Assembly: GCA_038496445.1 (NCBI GenBank)
Contig: JALMLS010000489.1
Location: forward strand, 121,875-185,874
Origin: Trichosphaerium sp. ATCC 40318
Taxonomy: Eukaryota; Protista; Tubulinea
Reading direction: 5' to 3'
Length of the DNA: 64,000 nt
In this document: piece by piece, positions 12,428 to 24,660 of the stretch
Layout: every line of letters starts with the position of its first letter
Numbering within the stretch: the stretch's first letter is position 1
The notes under the pieces: generated by a model
Databases searched by the model: none
Seen by the model: the letters and a program-made list of their open reading frames with translations, nothing else
What the model was told of the DNA's origin: nothing
Program-made: the position numbers and the translations under genes

Positions 12428-13864
12428 ATGCAAGCAACAACAGATAATCAACTTAAGAAACTTCACTTACGCCGTCTTTTGGACGAATTGGATAATTCTA
12501 CCGGTGAAGGCGCTACATCCATGATCTCGTTGGTAATTCCTGCTGGAGGTAACCTCAACCGCACCAAGGACAAGATCTCGACTGAAATAGGAGACGCTAG
12601 CTGTATCAAGGTATGTGATAATTAAACTATGCTAAATGGAGTCTAACTGTTGCTAGTCGCGGGTTTAACCGACAATCTGTGCAGTGGGCACTCGGTTCGA
12701 TAGATGGTAGACTAAAACACATTAACAAGCTACCTCCTAATGGCCTCTGCATTTTCTCTGGATCCTTCACTTCGTCAGCAACGGGGAAGTCAAGGAAGGA
12801 CACCATTATATTCGAACCAATTGGACCGCTCACCAAAAGTCTTTATTACTGCGGTAGCGGCTTCAAAACCAGCCATTTACGCGGTCTTTTGACGGATCAC
12901 AACAAATACGCGTTCATCATCGTTGGCGGTAGTGGCGTTACTTTCCATACGCTCTCCGGCACTCACAAGACTGATGTGTTCAAATACGACGTGTCTTTGC
13001 CGAACAAACACCGAAGAGGCGGTCAATCTCAACATCGATTCGAGAGGTTGCGAGATGAAGCTTGCGCGGCGTATGTGCGGCGTGTGTCTGAGAAAGCAAC
13101 GCAATTCTTTATCGACAAGAAGACCAACAAGCCTAACGTAAGAGCTTTTTCTTTGTTTGCCTTTTTTTTTTGTAGATTGCTTTAAAATTGTTTACTTACG
13201 TATCTTCTAGATTGCTGGTATCATCCTCGCTGGTAATTCAGGATTTAAGCATGAAGTACACAAGAGTGCTCATTTCGATCAAAGACTCAAGAAACTTGTT
13301 GTACGCATCTTGGACATCCAATATGGCGGTCGTACTGGTTTTTCTGAAGCGATAAAACAATCTTCGGACGTTTTGGATGACTTTGAGCTTGTTCACGAAA
13401 AGCAAGTACTTAGCGACTTCACAACAGCTATCGCTCGCGACAGTGACCGTCCACCCGTTTATGGCGTAAAGGACGTGATGTACGCCATCGAAAACGGTGC
13501 ACTTCAACTATTGATCTTGTGGGACAAATCGCCGATCATACGCTACAGCATCAAGAGCAAGGAGTCTGGAGAGGTGCGCACAACCTATGCGCTCTCGAAG
13601 GATGATCTCCCATCGGAGCTGGTCAAAGAACCTACCTTGTGGGACGTTCAAAGTCATGAACCGTTGTTGGATTGGATAGTTCAAAATCCTGATCAACTTG
13701 GCGGTGTTGAGCTTGCGCTTGTTTCTGATCAAACGGCTGAAGCTGCTGTGTTCATTTCCGGCTTTGGTGGTGTTGGTGGACTCTTACGCTATCATATTGA
13801 CCTACCATCGCAAATGGATGAGCTTGATGATGACTACGAAGATGATTATTCTTGGGCAATGTAA
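12428..13864 (+). CDS. eRF1: Divergent eukaryotic release factor 1 with an internal in-frame TAA requiring a +1 shift
   Basis: TSMISL, EIGDASCIKS, PPNGL, YYCGSGF, HRRGGQS and GFGGVGGLLRY motifs. Introns 12611-12656 and 13138-13210 (both phase 0). TAA at 12666-12668, with the reading continuing in the +1 frame. Confidence 0.93.
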
Positions 13865-14216
13865 ATTAATTTATTGCAAAAGTCTCTTCAACTTCTAAAT
13901 AGTTTACAATAAAATAAATCATTACCATTCATCACTAAATTTTTACGAGCACATTTTTCTTTTTTACACCTGTAAGTACAGCACGTAGCTAATGAGTAAC
14001 CGCCTCAACTCTTCCCGTTATCAAGAATCGAATGACACGGTCTCAGCATTGTATATGCTATTTAAGCACCATAAACAAACCCTCCCATACACCGTCCAGA
14101 GTGGCAGCGTATTCACGCTGACTTATGTGAGGACTTAGTTGAACAGCTCTGACCACAAGTCTGTATCAGAATACAGCGTTACAACGAACAAACTAGGTGC
14201 AGTAGGTATAAAAGTT

Positions 14217-14792
14217 ATGTCGTTGCTATCTCTGCCTCCTGAGATACACTACATGATAGCAGAGATGGATATAGGCTTATTTATACAATGGCCTGTATTA
14301 AACTACCAGTTTGCTATCACATCACGTTATAACAGCGAATTAGAGAAGCATGGAAAGTTCATGAAGCGTTATAGGTCACTAAACATAAATGAAACAACAC
14401 ATTTCAAAAAAGGTCTTTTACACGGCCTACACAAAAGATGGCTGAATGGTATTCTTGTATTACAATGTCAATATACAGATGACTTCTTAGATGGTGAATA
14501 CAAGGAATGGTATGCTAGTGGTGTATTTTATCAACACATTTTTTACAAGAGAGGTAAAAGGCATGGATGGTATTCTTCTTTTTATGAGAGTGGAAGAAAG
14601 AAGAAAAAATGTACTTATATAAATGATAAGATAAATGGCACGTGTATTGAGTGGTATGAGAATGGAAAAATGAGTGAGAGTGGAGAGTATGATAATGGAA
14701 AGCCTGTAGGAGTTCATTCATCATGGGAACAATCTGGAAAATGCACTAAGGTTACATATCAGGCAAACACAGTTGAAATATTAAATACTTAA
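14217..14792 (+). CDS. Intronless F-box-like + MORN-variant repeat protein
   Basis: MSLLSLPPEIHYMIA (F-box-like) followed by repeats of the type G.YKEWY.SG / G.CIEWYENG. Confidence 0.8.
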   Translation: MSLLSLPPEIHYMIAEMDIGLFIQWPVLNYQFAITSRYNSELEKHGKFMKRYRSLNINETTHFKKGLLHGLHKRWLNGILVLQCQYTDDFLDGEYKEWYASGVFYQHIFYKRGKRHGWYSSFYESGRKKKKCTYINDKINGTCIEWYENGKMSESGEYDNGKPVGVHSSWEQSGKCTKVTYQANTVEILNT

Positions 14793-15137
14793 CACTTCGT
14801 CAGATTTTTAATTACAACTAAATAATCACAAATAGGTGGGTTTGCAAACTATTTAAAGAAGCAATGGTTCTTCTATGTTGTAGACCAACTTGTTGTGTTG
14901 ATGATGTTGGTCTATTGAGTAGTAAATGATATTACAAGAGTAGAAAGAACAAAACCAAGCAACTGTAACTAAAACACCTAATAAACATGCTGTTATTGCT
15001 TTGAGCATTCTGTCAAGTAGCATGCTGTTCAAGCAGTTGTCCATTTTAGAGATATTCATGTTACAAGGGATATTAAATGTTAGTTATTTGTTCAGGTGCG
15101 AGATAGAGTAACAAGAGAAACAAAGACTGAAGTTATA

Positions 15138-18100
15138 TTACAAGTTATTTTTTATTTTACGTGTTCTCTTTGGTTTTTTAGGTGTTTTCTTTAGTTTTTT
15201 AGGTTTTCTTTCATCAACGTCATCTACAGCCTTTCTTTTTGGCGAGTAGTGTTTGATGAGCTTTTTGTGGTCTTTCCAGCCAGCTAAACTGGGGCTTCTG
15301 TCGTGACGCTGGAAAAATTTCTTTAAACCTTCGTAATCTGTTGCTGCCGCAAGCTCCAGACCTTTCTTATATATGGGTACAGCAACCTCTAGCACAAGCC
15401 AAAAGTTTATAAACTCGCAAAACTCTCGGTTATTGCGGAGATCGTTGCCATACCAATTAACTAGACTATAAAGTCGAAGAAGTTCGGCTCTGAGTCGATC
15501 ACGACAATCCAAGTACATCCAAACCCGCACAAGAGATATCAAGTCGTGGGCGTACTCATACGTTATAGATTCATCGCTGATATGGGCATCAATTACCTCT
15601 TTTGCTGCAAACAGAAAGGTTCCTTCGTGCTGAAACACTGAAGTACCATGTCTGACTGCCATACCGAAATCTATTATGTGAGCCTTTCCGTCTCGCACCA
15701 TAATGTTGGTGTGCGTAATATCCCTTGTATAAAGTGTGAGTAAAGTACAATGACGAAAAAAATCTGTAAAGCATGACGTGACGAGAGTCAAAGATTAAAG
15801 GGTACCTATGGATGAATCCAACCTCATGAAACTGCTCAATGAGCTCTGTAAAATGAACCATTGGAGGGCATTCACCAACATTTCTTATGCGATCACATGG
15901 TGGTGAGGTAATGATATACGGTGCGTTGTCATCATCAGTGGTACCATGTTGGTGCTGAATAAAAGAAGTGAGAAAAGCAAGAAAAAATGAAGAAAGTTTC
16001 TATTTTACGTACATAGACTGGTAAACCGTCGATGTTGTGTGGCTTTAACGTTTTTAACACTTCTGCTTCCCACAGGGCGATTGGCTCATTGCCTTCTTTA
16101 AATATTTTGACGACAAACTTTTCTGTGCCAGCCTTAAGTTTGAACACCTTGGATGTAGCGCCAGATCCAAGTTGTTCTCTTGGAGTACACGAGATGCCTT
16201 TGATATCAAATACAGGGAACGACCAACCAAGCTGTTTAGGCGTACAGCTCAGATACTTATTAAAAAGTAAAGTGCCCTCCGATTTAGGACTGATGATGGA
16301 GTACTCGCGTGAGAATGAAAACGTGAAAGGCTTCGGGGCATCTTGCCCATGCCACTCCATCCACGTGAACATTATAGTGTACCTGGTGGCCAGAATGCCG
16401 GTGATAAATTGCCTTGGCGCTTGCGTAAGCATAATATTACATAGGGAGCTTCTAATAAAAACAGTAAGAGCTGAGAATAGAGAAGTGCTGAAAAAAAAAA
16501 AAGCATGGATAAAAAACCCACAAGAAATTGATGTGACGTACACATGTTGCCCCTTTGCTGCAGAATTCAATTTATCAAGTTTTAACTCAACAACAGCCAC
16601 GACTTGATTCTCGTGAGGGATTAAGTTTTCATCCCCAATTGCCGTAAATGTTAAATCTGGCTTGTATTTTCGGCCAATACCGTTTATACCATACTTCGTT
16701 TTTTGGTACGTATTATGTACACGCAAGAAAGGAACCTTTGACTTTCCCACTCGTTCAAACATGAACAAGTTCAGATCTTCCTCTGTTTTAAAGTGCCTGC
16801 ACGTCCTTTTAGGGTGTCCCTTGTACGATGAATGTTGCTGGATTTTAAGCTTATTCATCCAAGGGGTGGCGTCCTTGTGCACATTCGCCCTTTCATTAAG
16901 GTTGCTAAGCGTCGCCGTGTAGTCTACACATTTGTTAAGTTTTTCGCAACATATAAACTCTCTGACAGTATACGTACCATAATTAATCACTGGCTCTAGT
17001 TTAACGCTACGATACGGGAATTGTTTACGTGTTTGTACATCCTCTTCCAACGCCTCAACTTTTTCGTTTGTTTTTCTGTTTTCGTTCTTGAGCCTGGTGA
17101 TAGCCTGTTTATTCTCTTGTTTGAGTGCAGTAATTGTCTGTGCGGTCTCTTTCTTGAAGATGTCCATTTTGGTGTTTAGCATAGCCGCGATTGCTTCAAG
17201 GGATCTGGGATCTTTCTGTTCAGAAGCATCACCCACAGAAACTTCTTCCTCTTCTGATACTTCGTCGCCCACAGAAACTTCTTCCTCCTCGCTCTCGGAA
17301 TCTTCAACGCATTTGGAAAGCGCTTCCAGCTTGCGTATTTTTTCTCCTGCTCGAGTTTCTTGTTTTTTGGTAGGACTTGTGTTTTTCACCTCACAATTAA
17401 AGCTGTGCTCCCTCATGAGTTTTGCCGCCCTGGTTGCTTTCTTTATTTCATCAGCAACATTCTTTCGCTTTTCTGGAGAGGGCGGAACAGACGGTAACTG
17501 CTTACCAGAGGGATCTACACGAGGGTAAGAAAAAAAAGGAAATAGAACTCGCAAAAGCGTTTTTTTTTTTTGTGAGAACAAAAAGACGAACACACATACT
17601 TTCTGGCACCAGTTTTAATATTAGCAGTTCGAATGTAAGAGGTCCCTTCCTATTGTAGTGGAAGTTTGGCGAGTGGAGCCTTTTGAGTTCGTTCTTGACG
17701 ATTTTTATTTTCTTTTTCAGTATGTTCTCTACATTAAAACACAAGTCAGTTGAGACCGTTACAAACAACTTGAAAAAGAAAGTAATAGTTGAGTATCAAC
17801 AGTTCCATCCAAAGGGATATAAAAACGTTCTTATTGAAATGAAAGAGCGGTACGCTGTTGACAAAGTAAAAGATTTAAAAAAAACAAATTCAAAGAAGTA
17901 GCCGCCAAGGCGTTGTAACAGCGACGAAAATCACGAAATACGCGTTGATATGACACATAGGTCGTAAGGGGCGCATAGATTTAGAGATGTAAAACGATTT
18001 AAGAAAACAAGAGCCAGAAGTTTAAAACGGCACTTAAAACGAGCGACACGCGTTGAAATAGACGAAAGAGGTGTTTTTTAAGTTTTTTTGGTTGACAACT

Positions 18101-18442
18101 CAAAACAATTTAAAAATGGTAAAACGTGAAAAACGACCAAAACCGCCAGTAGACGTTGTAAAAACGCCGTTTAGGCACTTTGTATGGAATTACGCTTTAA
18201 AACAACAGTTTTGAGCCGTACGTGTTCTCCTGTGCTTAGCAATCCCCTCAGCGGCATCACCTTTCACATCAAGATGTTTAGCGACCAGTTTAACGAATTC
18301 TTGATCGGCATCGTTGCGTAGGAAGTTAATGAAGCTTTGAGTGTAACCTAAACGCCAACGTTAGACCAAAGAACGTAAAAACGTAAACGCAAAAGAAGGT
18401 AAAGTTTTTCAAACCGAAAAGACAAGTACGGTTGAAAGCCAT
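15138..18442 (-). CDS. Nuclease-kinase protein copy A (N-terminal helical header, coiled coil, PD-(D/E)xK nuclease, protein kinase)
   Basis: KPDLTF...VVELK nuclease motif. Kinase motifs LGSGATSKV, VVKIF, HRDITHTN and IIDFG. Start inferred by comparing splice patterns with copy B. Confidence 0.8.
17225..17292 (-). repeat. 36-bp tandem duplication encoding SEEEEVSVGD twice (copy A only)
   Basis: cccacagaaacttcttcctc occurs twice 36 bp apart and is absent from copy B. Confidence 0.75.
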
Positions 18443-19495
18443 GATGATGTATTAAAGAGTATTGTTGAGGAGCTGAGGTGTTGGTTGTTGTGGAGCTGAT
18501 GAATGGCCTTGAATTGCGAGCCTTATGAAATGTGATTCAAAAACTAAGATTTTGGCCATCAAACTTTTTGTACCAAATCAACAAGCTTTTGAAAGGTACC
18601 AGTACGTTTTTAACGCCAATACAAGCAGTTGGGTGTTCGATAGAAAATAGTGGAATTCACACAAACGAGATATCTTGTTTTTCTGAATTGAGATATCACG
18701 TGATTACGCCTACCGATACATGCACGTGGGTTTAATGTCATGCCACTCATGTCTGGTACTTTAACTGTTGATACGGGTTAGCTTACGTCTTGTACGTTTG
18801 AAACTTCGCCGAACTTTCTGTCAATATGTAGAACGCTCTAACCTTCCTAAATACGGTTCATAATGTCAAAGAAGCTTGATAGTACTTTTCAATAGCGATA
18901 AACCGTATTGGAATTGAAATGTAATACACAATAAAACAAACAACTCGGGTTTTTGAAATTTTATTGTTCAACCGATTTGAAAACTCTGCTACAGGCCTTT
19001 TCGTTAGTAACAGTGTAACCAACCTTATATCTATCGTATGATGTGCCGTTATAGGCAACTTTATTGTTATCCAATGACGTCAATACACTTGTAGTTGAAC
19101 AGGTGCGAGGTACAGTAGATATTGTTGGGTGCTAATGCCTATCTTCAAGTTTTGGGCCAAAAAGACGGGGATGGTGCGTTTCTGCAGGCGAGATATCATA
19201 AGCTGTTTATGTTTCTTTTTTGTGGTCCGAGCAACTCTCATCGATGGGTACAGATGGATTTGTGCTCTTGGTAAGTTACCTATCTATGCATCTCTGTCAA
19301 CTTTTAAGTGATGACGATACAATCGATTGTAGTGTCCATTCCTTCGTTACACGAATATTGCGACAATCTGTCACAGAAGCAAAAAAAGTACTCTTTTTAT
19401 AAAAATTCCTAAAGAGTTTTGTTGACTGTGTTCCGAAAATAGTCAGCTGAATTGTAATAAACGTAACGCCTAAATATACATTTACGCTTAGTTTC

Positions 19496-22070
19496 ATGGC
19501 AACGTTGAGAATAACATGGATTTTATATACGATGCTGATTTATCTACAAGTGATAGACACCCAAGGCACTACACAACAATGCTGTAGCTGTTTCTGACAT
19601 CTGTGCATGTTTTAGTAGTCACATCGTTGGATCACGTTTGTGGAAACGATTTGAGCTGTTATTTGGAATTAAACGAGACTGATATCCAATTATCATGTAT
19701 GAACTATGTATTTGAAAATTTGGTCGTACTATCAACAGATAAATTTCTCACATCACGTGCGTTAGCGTTTTGCTACTATTTTCTATTTTCCACTGCGTTT
19801 GTATTTTGCTACTTTCTAATGTACATCGCATTTTAGAAAGCTCAACCATTGATTATGGACCTTCTTTATCTTTTCCGAATGTCACATGTTCAGGAGTCAT
19901 AGAAATCATAGAAATCAATGGAAACGGAAACGACCTCGATATAACAGGTTTGAACTTTAAGTGTCCAGTGAAAGTTTCGGATGTGGACACTTTCAATTTA
20001 GAGTACGTCGTTTTAGCAGCTGCGTATTCCTAATAAAGTGATAGCACATGCAGCTTTAATTCCATAACTACGGATACTTCCACAGTGCTTAATATTGACC
20101 AACTAAAGTACTTTTCGCCCATAAAACAAGCAAGGCTCTGACTCATTTTAGTTCCGGAGCATCCATAACTCGAACTAACTTTTTCGGAAATACAATTAAT
20201 GGTGGAACAATAAGAGGAGGTTTAGTTCGCTCAAGTAATACCAACACTCAGATCAGCAATTGCAAATTCTATGACAATTCCGTCAATGGTGCCATTACTT
20301 GTGATATAGAAGGTGGATTCATCTACCATCGACGTAAAGCTGTATGTATAACAACACCAACACTACAGAAATAACTGTTAAAAATGTTTAGTTTGAAATG
20401 GCTGGCTGCTTATTTCATAATAATACTCTTCAAGCATCTGGTTGTAAGTAAAGTATATCAGAAATGTATCTTTTAGCTTCTTGATAGGTTTACTAACTCG
20501 TGGTGGTATTGTTCACCTGACTTCTGACGAAGCTGTTATAGAGAGTAGTGCGTTTATTGAAAACAAGATTATGATTATTGGCACTGACCAAGGTGAGTTA
20601 TTTGTTGTTGGTACATTAACGATATAAAAACTATAAGGGTGTGTTTTATATTCTGGTGCTGATAATATGGAGATGCAAACATCGATAATCAAGGACAATA
20701 CATGTACAGCCAAGTAAGCCTTTTTATTAAACTGTCACTCTAACTTATTTGCACAAAAAAGGGACGTCATTTACAACAGGTTTGCATCACAATTATTTTT
20801 AACCTCGCTGGGTTTTTGTCATCTTATTTATTGACTAACGTTCTTGCTTCTATTAAAAAGCGCTGGATCATTAGAAATTAGGTACGTTACTTGGTTGTTT
20901 GTTGAAAAAAATGACTGTAATACTATGTCTCACTACTGTAAACAGCACAACATATACAGAAGGTAAAAGCAAATCATATTGGTAAAGCATATAAATCAGT
21001 TTAAAACAGGAAACAGATCACCCTCAGATTCAATGGTGTATGATGTAGGATGTGCCAATGCGCTAACACCAACTGCAAGCTTGATTTCAGTTGGTACGAG
21101 GTTGTTTTCGAAGCACTTTGTAATTTGTAATAGATGGCAACATTAATAGCGCCGGGTGTGGCGTAACAGATGCAGGGAGCTGTGGTAACTGTGACAGTTG
21201 TGGTAGTATGTGATATCACGTAATTTTTGTTTAACCTTACAGTAAAAAAAGGCATGTTTGATTTTGATAACTATCTTTACGAACACCCATGCGTTACAGT
21301 ATCAACAGCTGCGGTGAAACCAATAGAGTACACTGGTACGTTTATTTGTTTATTCCTTGCGATATTTATCGACTCTAGGTTGTAATATCACAAGCAATCC
21401 TGAGTCATGTGTAGAATGCCTTAGTGGTAGCTGTAAATTAGTTGATGATTGCAGTTCTGATGTAACTGTTGTTCTTGATGTCGTGATTGATAAAGATGTC
21501 TTCATCGAAGGTGACTTCACAAACAACGGGAAAGTGACACTCATATCGGACGGTAACACAAACCTCAAAGTAACAGGTACTCAAGCAGCAACTTTTTCAA
21601 TCAATTGCTCATGTTTCTTGTTCTAAAAAGGATGTGCTGTTCTTGGCAACTTTATCGTTGATGTATCCAATATTGACACGTCTTCTGACAGACAACGTAT
21701 ATCTGTTGTTGAATGTACATGTGTGAATGGTACCGTAGATATTGTTGGGGCTGATGACTGCTCTTCAACTACTCAAGAACAAGACGACAGTAGGTTTGTG
21801 CTAGGTCTTTGCAACAGTTTGATGCTAACTATTTATTAAGACTTTATGTTATAATTGCCAAGAATGAATGCGATTCTACATTAGCTATCATTATTGGTGT
21901 AGTACTTGGCTCAGCATTTTTGGTATGTCATTGCTTTCAAAATCGGAATAATTATTATTTAGATAGTCTTACTACTACTTCTCGTTATTTGGTTAGTTCC
22001 TGGATTACGTAATAAGGTAATCCCCTTCTCGCTCTCAACAAGAACAAGAAATATGGTTCAATCAACTTGA
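19496..22070 (+). CDS. Cys-rich/beta-helix-like type I membrane protein (uninterrupted paralog of 1-3303)
   Basis: CGNDLSCYLELNETDIQLSCMNYVF, GLNFKCPVKVSDV, VFIEGDFTNNGKV and TM LAIIIGVVLGSAFL. Confidence 0.7.
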
Positions 22071-22133
22071 ATATAAGAAATAAACACGTGTCTATTTTAA
22101 AGGTTTCAGTTTTTATTTCAACAGTCTTGTCCT

Positions 22134-23650
22134 TTAGGATTTAACTTGACAAGGAAGAGTGCGTTGAGCTAGAACCATATCCTTCTTAATAGCGAAAGAT
22201 GATTTGAGCACATCAACTTGTTTATCGCCATAGAAGTGTTGTACAAAGTCCTCAAAAACTTGTTTTGTGCACTCTTGATTGTATCCTTCAACACTTAGTA
22301 AGCATTTAATATAAAATGTCTCTGCTGTCTTATTATGAAGCGCTTCTAGTGCATCATCTTCATTAGGCAGTGTTTTAGAGAAAGTATCACGCCATGCAGC
22401 ATAACCATCCTAAACAAGAGAAAAATTGTTAACATACAAAAAGTACAATCTATAGTTTACCTTTACTGTTGTTGATAAACTAGCATCCAATAACTTCACT
22501 CTATCGTAGTAGAATAGAACTAATTCTTCAAGTAGACCATCCTTAAATATACCAGTTTCATCGTGAACACATTTAACAAATGTTAAGGTCATTAAGCACG
22601 CTTCGTATTCTTTTTCCTATAACATCTATTAGCACGTTGATACTCTGACAAGTAATTACCCATAATCCTTCTTTTTTAGGTCTTCTTGACCATGTGAGAG
22701 TCTGTAAGGTATGTATCATCTCATGCAAACAAGCTATCCTAGTGCGAAGACCAAAATCACGATACAGTCTCTTTTCCTATTTGTCGTTAAAAGATGAGGC
22801 TAACGACATGTTGTGAGTTTACCTTTGTTGGGTAGAACTTATTGATGTCATACCACTTTTGCTTATGACCATCTCTGAAGTTAGGTGGATCAGGATACAA
22901 TATTGTATACCCTCCAGTAGCAAAACCTACATTTCTTAGTGAATATTGATACCTTTTGATTAAAAATTATGTACCCCATTCATGTTCTTCAAGACCAAAC
23001 TCAGGTGGGTTCACTTCAATCTTTCCACCTTCTATACGACTCAACTTTGTTAAATCTAGATTTTTGAAGTATTTCTAAAAATAGCATAAGCATACTGACG
23101 TGTACGTTTACTGTATTAAGATTGTTGTTTATCCAAGCATTAATTATAAGAGTACGTACTTGTAGATATGCTTTTCCAGCAGCAATAACGCTTTGTGCTA
23201 TGTCATCATAATCAAATAGCTCAGCGTTGTTTAAGTAGTCTTCTACTGTACTTTTCAGCTTTGCTATGTCATCAAGAGTTGCAAAAGTATCTTCTTTCTT
23301 CATTCTACGCACTGTTAATTGTATGAAATCGTTTTAGAAGGCGTACTTGAAAGTCATGCAGTTTTGTGTATCGTCTTTGTTGAAAACAATCCCAAGAGCG
23401 TCGAGAGTTGCTGTAAGTGGTTTCAGGGAGGCTTTGATGAAGTCATACTCGAATTTTGACAATTTAGGCAGAAAAAGTACAGCCTAATGCACCAATCGCG
23501 TTAATTATGAGTCTAATATTAAATAAACGTACTTTGCCATCTTTTTCATCAACTACGCGATCAAGTAGTGTTACTAATTGTGACAAGTGTCTAGGAGTTA
23601 CTGATTTTAATTGTTGTTGCATCAGGAGTTGTTTCAAACTGTATATTGCT
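22134..23650 (-). CDS. Uncharacterised HExxH zinc-metallopeptidase-like protein
   Basis: Spliced RIACLHEMIHTLQ...EKEYEA (HExxH plus a downstream Glu). 5' end uncertain. Confidence 0.55.
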
Positions 23651-23952
23651 TACTATACAAATAACCAAATGAAAATAGCCAAATTTCGCGAAACGTCCAC
23701 CACAACTGTACGAATACGTTAAAAAAGGTCTTTTTGAAAGAGTCTTGTTTGGATATTATCACAGAACATATTATAAAAGCCAGGCAGTGCACCAAACAGC
23801 CACGTTTTTCGCAGTACGCAGCTACATTAGCTAATTTCATTCTCTGAAATGAATGTCATGTTGTTCGTTTCACATGTATTTGTTTAACGAAATTACTCTT
23901 TGTTTTATTTACAATACCGTGTTTTGTATATACTACAGTTATCAAAGATAGA

Positions 23953-24660
23953 CTACGACGTATGTGTTATCCTCTTTAGAAGTGGCTTTGATTTCTGTTT
24001 TCTTAATGATTTTTTTCGGTATGACTTTGTATCGCACTTCTTCTTCTCGTGTCGTTGCTTATTTTTCTCCTCTGAACCATGTATATTCTCGCCCTTAATT
24101 AGTAAGATCGTCAAGAAACTGGTGGCACGAGGAGTAAAATTGTTTTGTGAGGGAGAGCTTAACTGCCTTGGAATTCAAAAAAGTCTTGGTTTGGAAGTAC
24201 CTCCAATGAAGTAGCATTTGCATACGCAAGGTCCCTCTCTCGTTTTTTAAGCGTCTTTATAACCTCTTCTTGCTCATTCAAAGCAATCTTTTGCTTTGAT
24301 ATGACTCCAACAAACATAGAATTTTCTATCTGTAAATTTAACACATCCTGTGATAAACGTTCGTTGTGCTGTCGTAACACAGAGTTCTCTTCGACTAAAC
24401 GCTCAGCACGCTTTCCCATCTTTATTTGTAGGCTATGAAATAATTTAAAACATTACGTAATACATGTAATTCACGTGATCAACACCAAAAAAGACCTGTT
24501 CGTTTTCATACCTTTCACTTGTTTTTTTTGCTTCTTCATTTTCTTCTACAACAGCGTTATATTTAGCAAGTAGCTTCTTATACTCGTCCTTTAGCAATAT
24601 AACACGTGCTTTCATCCCTTCAAAATCAACCTCGATTCCATTTCGAGTCGGTTCTGCCAT
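23953..24660 (-). CDS. Coiled-coil protein
   Basis: MAEPTRNGIEVDFEGMKARV... heptad-rich exons separated by an intron. 3' end approximate. Confidence 0.55.

Larger units (their letters stand above)
15124..18950 (-). repeat. ~3.8-kb inverted duplication, copy A (partner 43690-47491)
   Basis: Long near-identical blocks, e.g. 18530-18730 vs 43905-44105 and the kinase exons. Homology fades gradually at the inner end. Confidence 0.9.

Noticed and set aside
12611-12684. Alternative splice sites removing the eRF1 stop
   Set aside because: Nearby donors (12603, 12615) and the acceptor at 12641 do not restore frame. The in-frame CAG at 12684 would delete the conserved SRVNRQSVQ segment and lies far from the CTAAC branch point. 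Disfavoured, not formally excluded.
12428-13864. Reassigned stop codons (variant genetic code) suggested by the divergent eRF1
   Set aside because: Conserved genes end in TAA, TAG and TGA, and the exons checked have no in-frame stops. Simple readthrough of the eRF1 TAA would not restore frame.
14853-15059. 68-aa hydrophobic ORF
   Set aside because: No recognisable motif or supporting gene structure.
17683-17901. Antisense 72-82 aa ORF present in both duplicated copies (possible antidote gene)
   Set aside because: No convincing start codon, it is antisense to a T-rich intron, and its conservation is explained by recent duplication.
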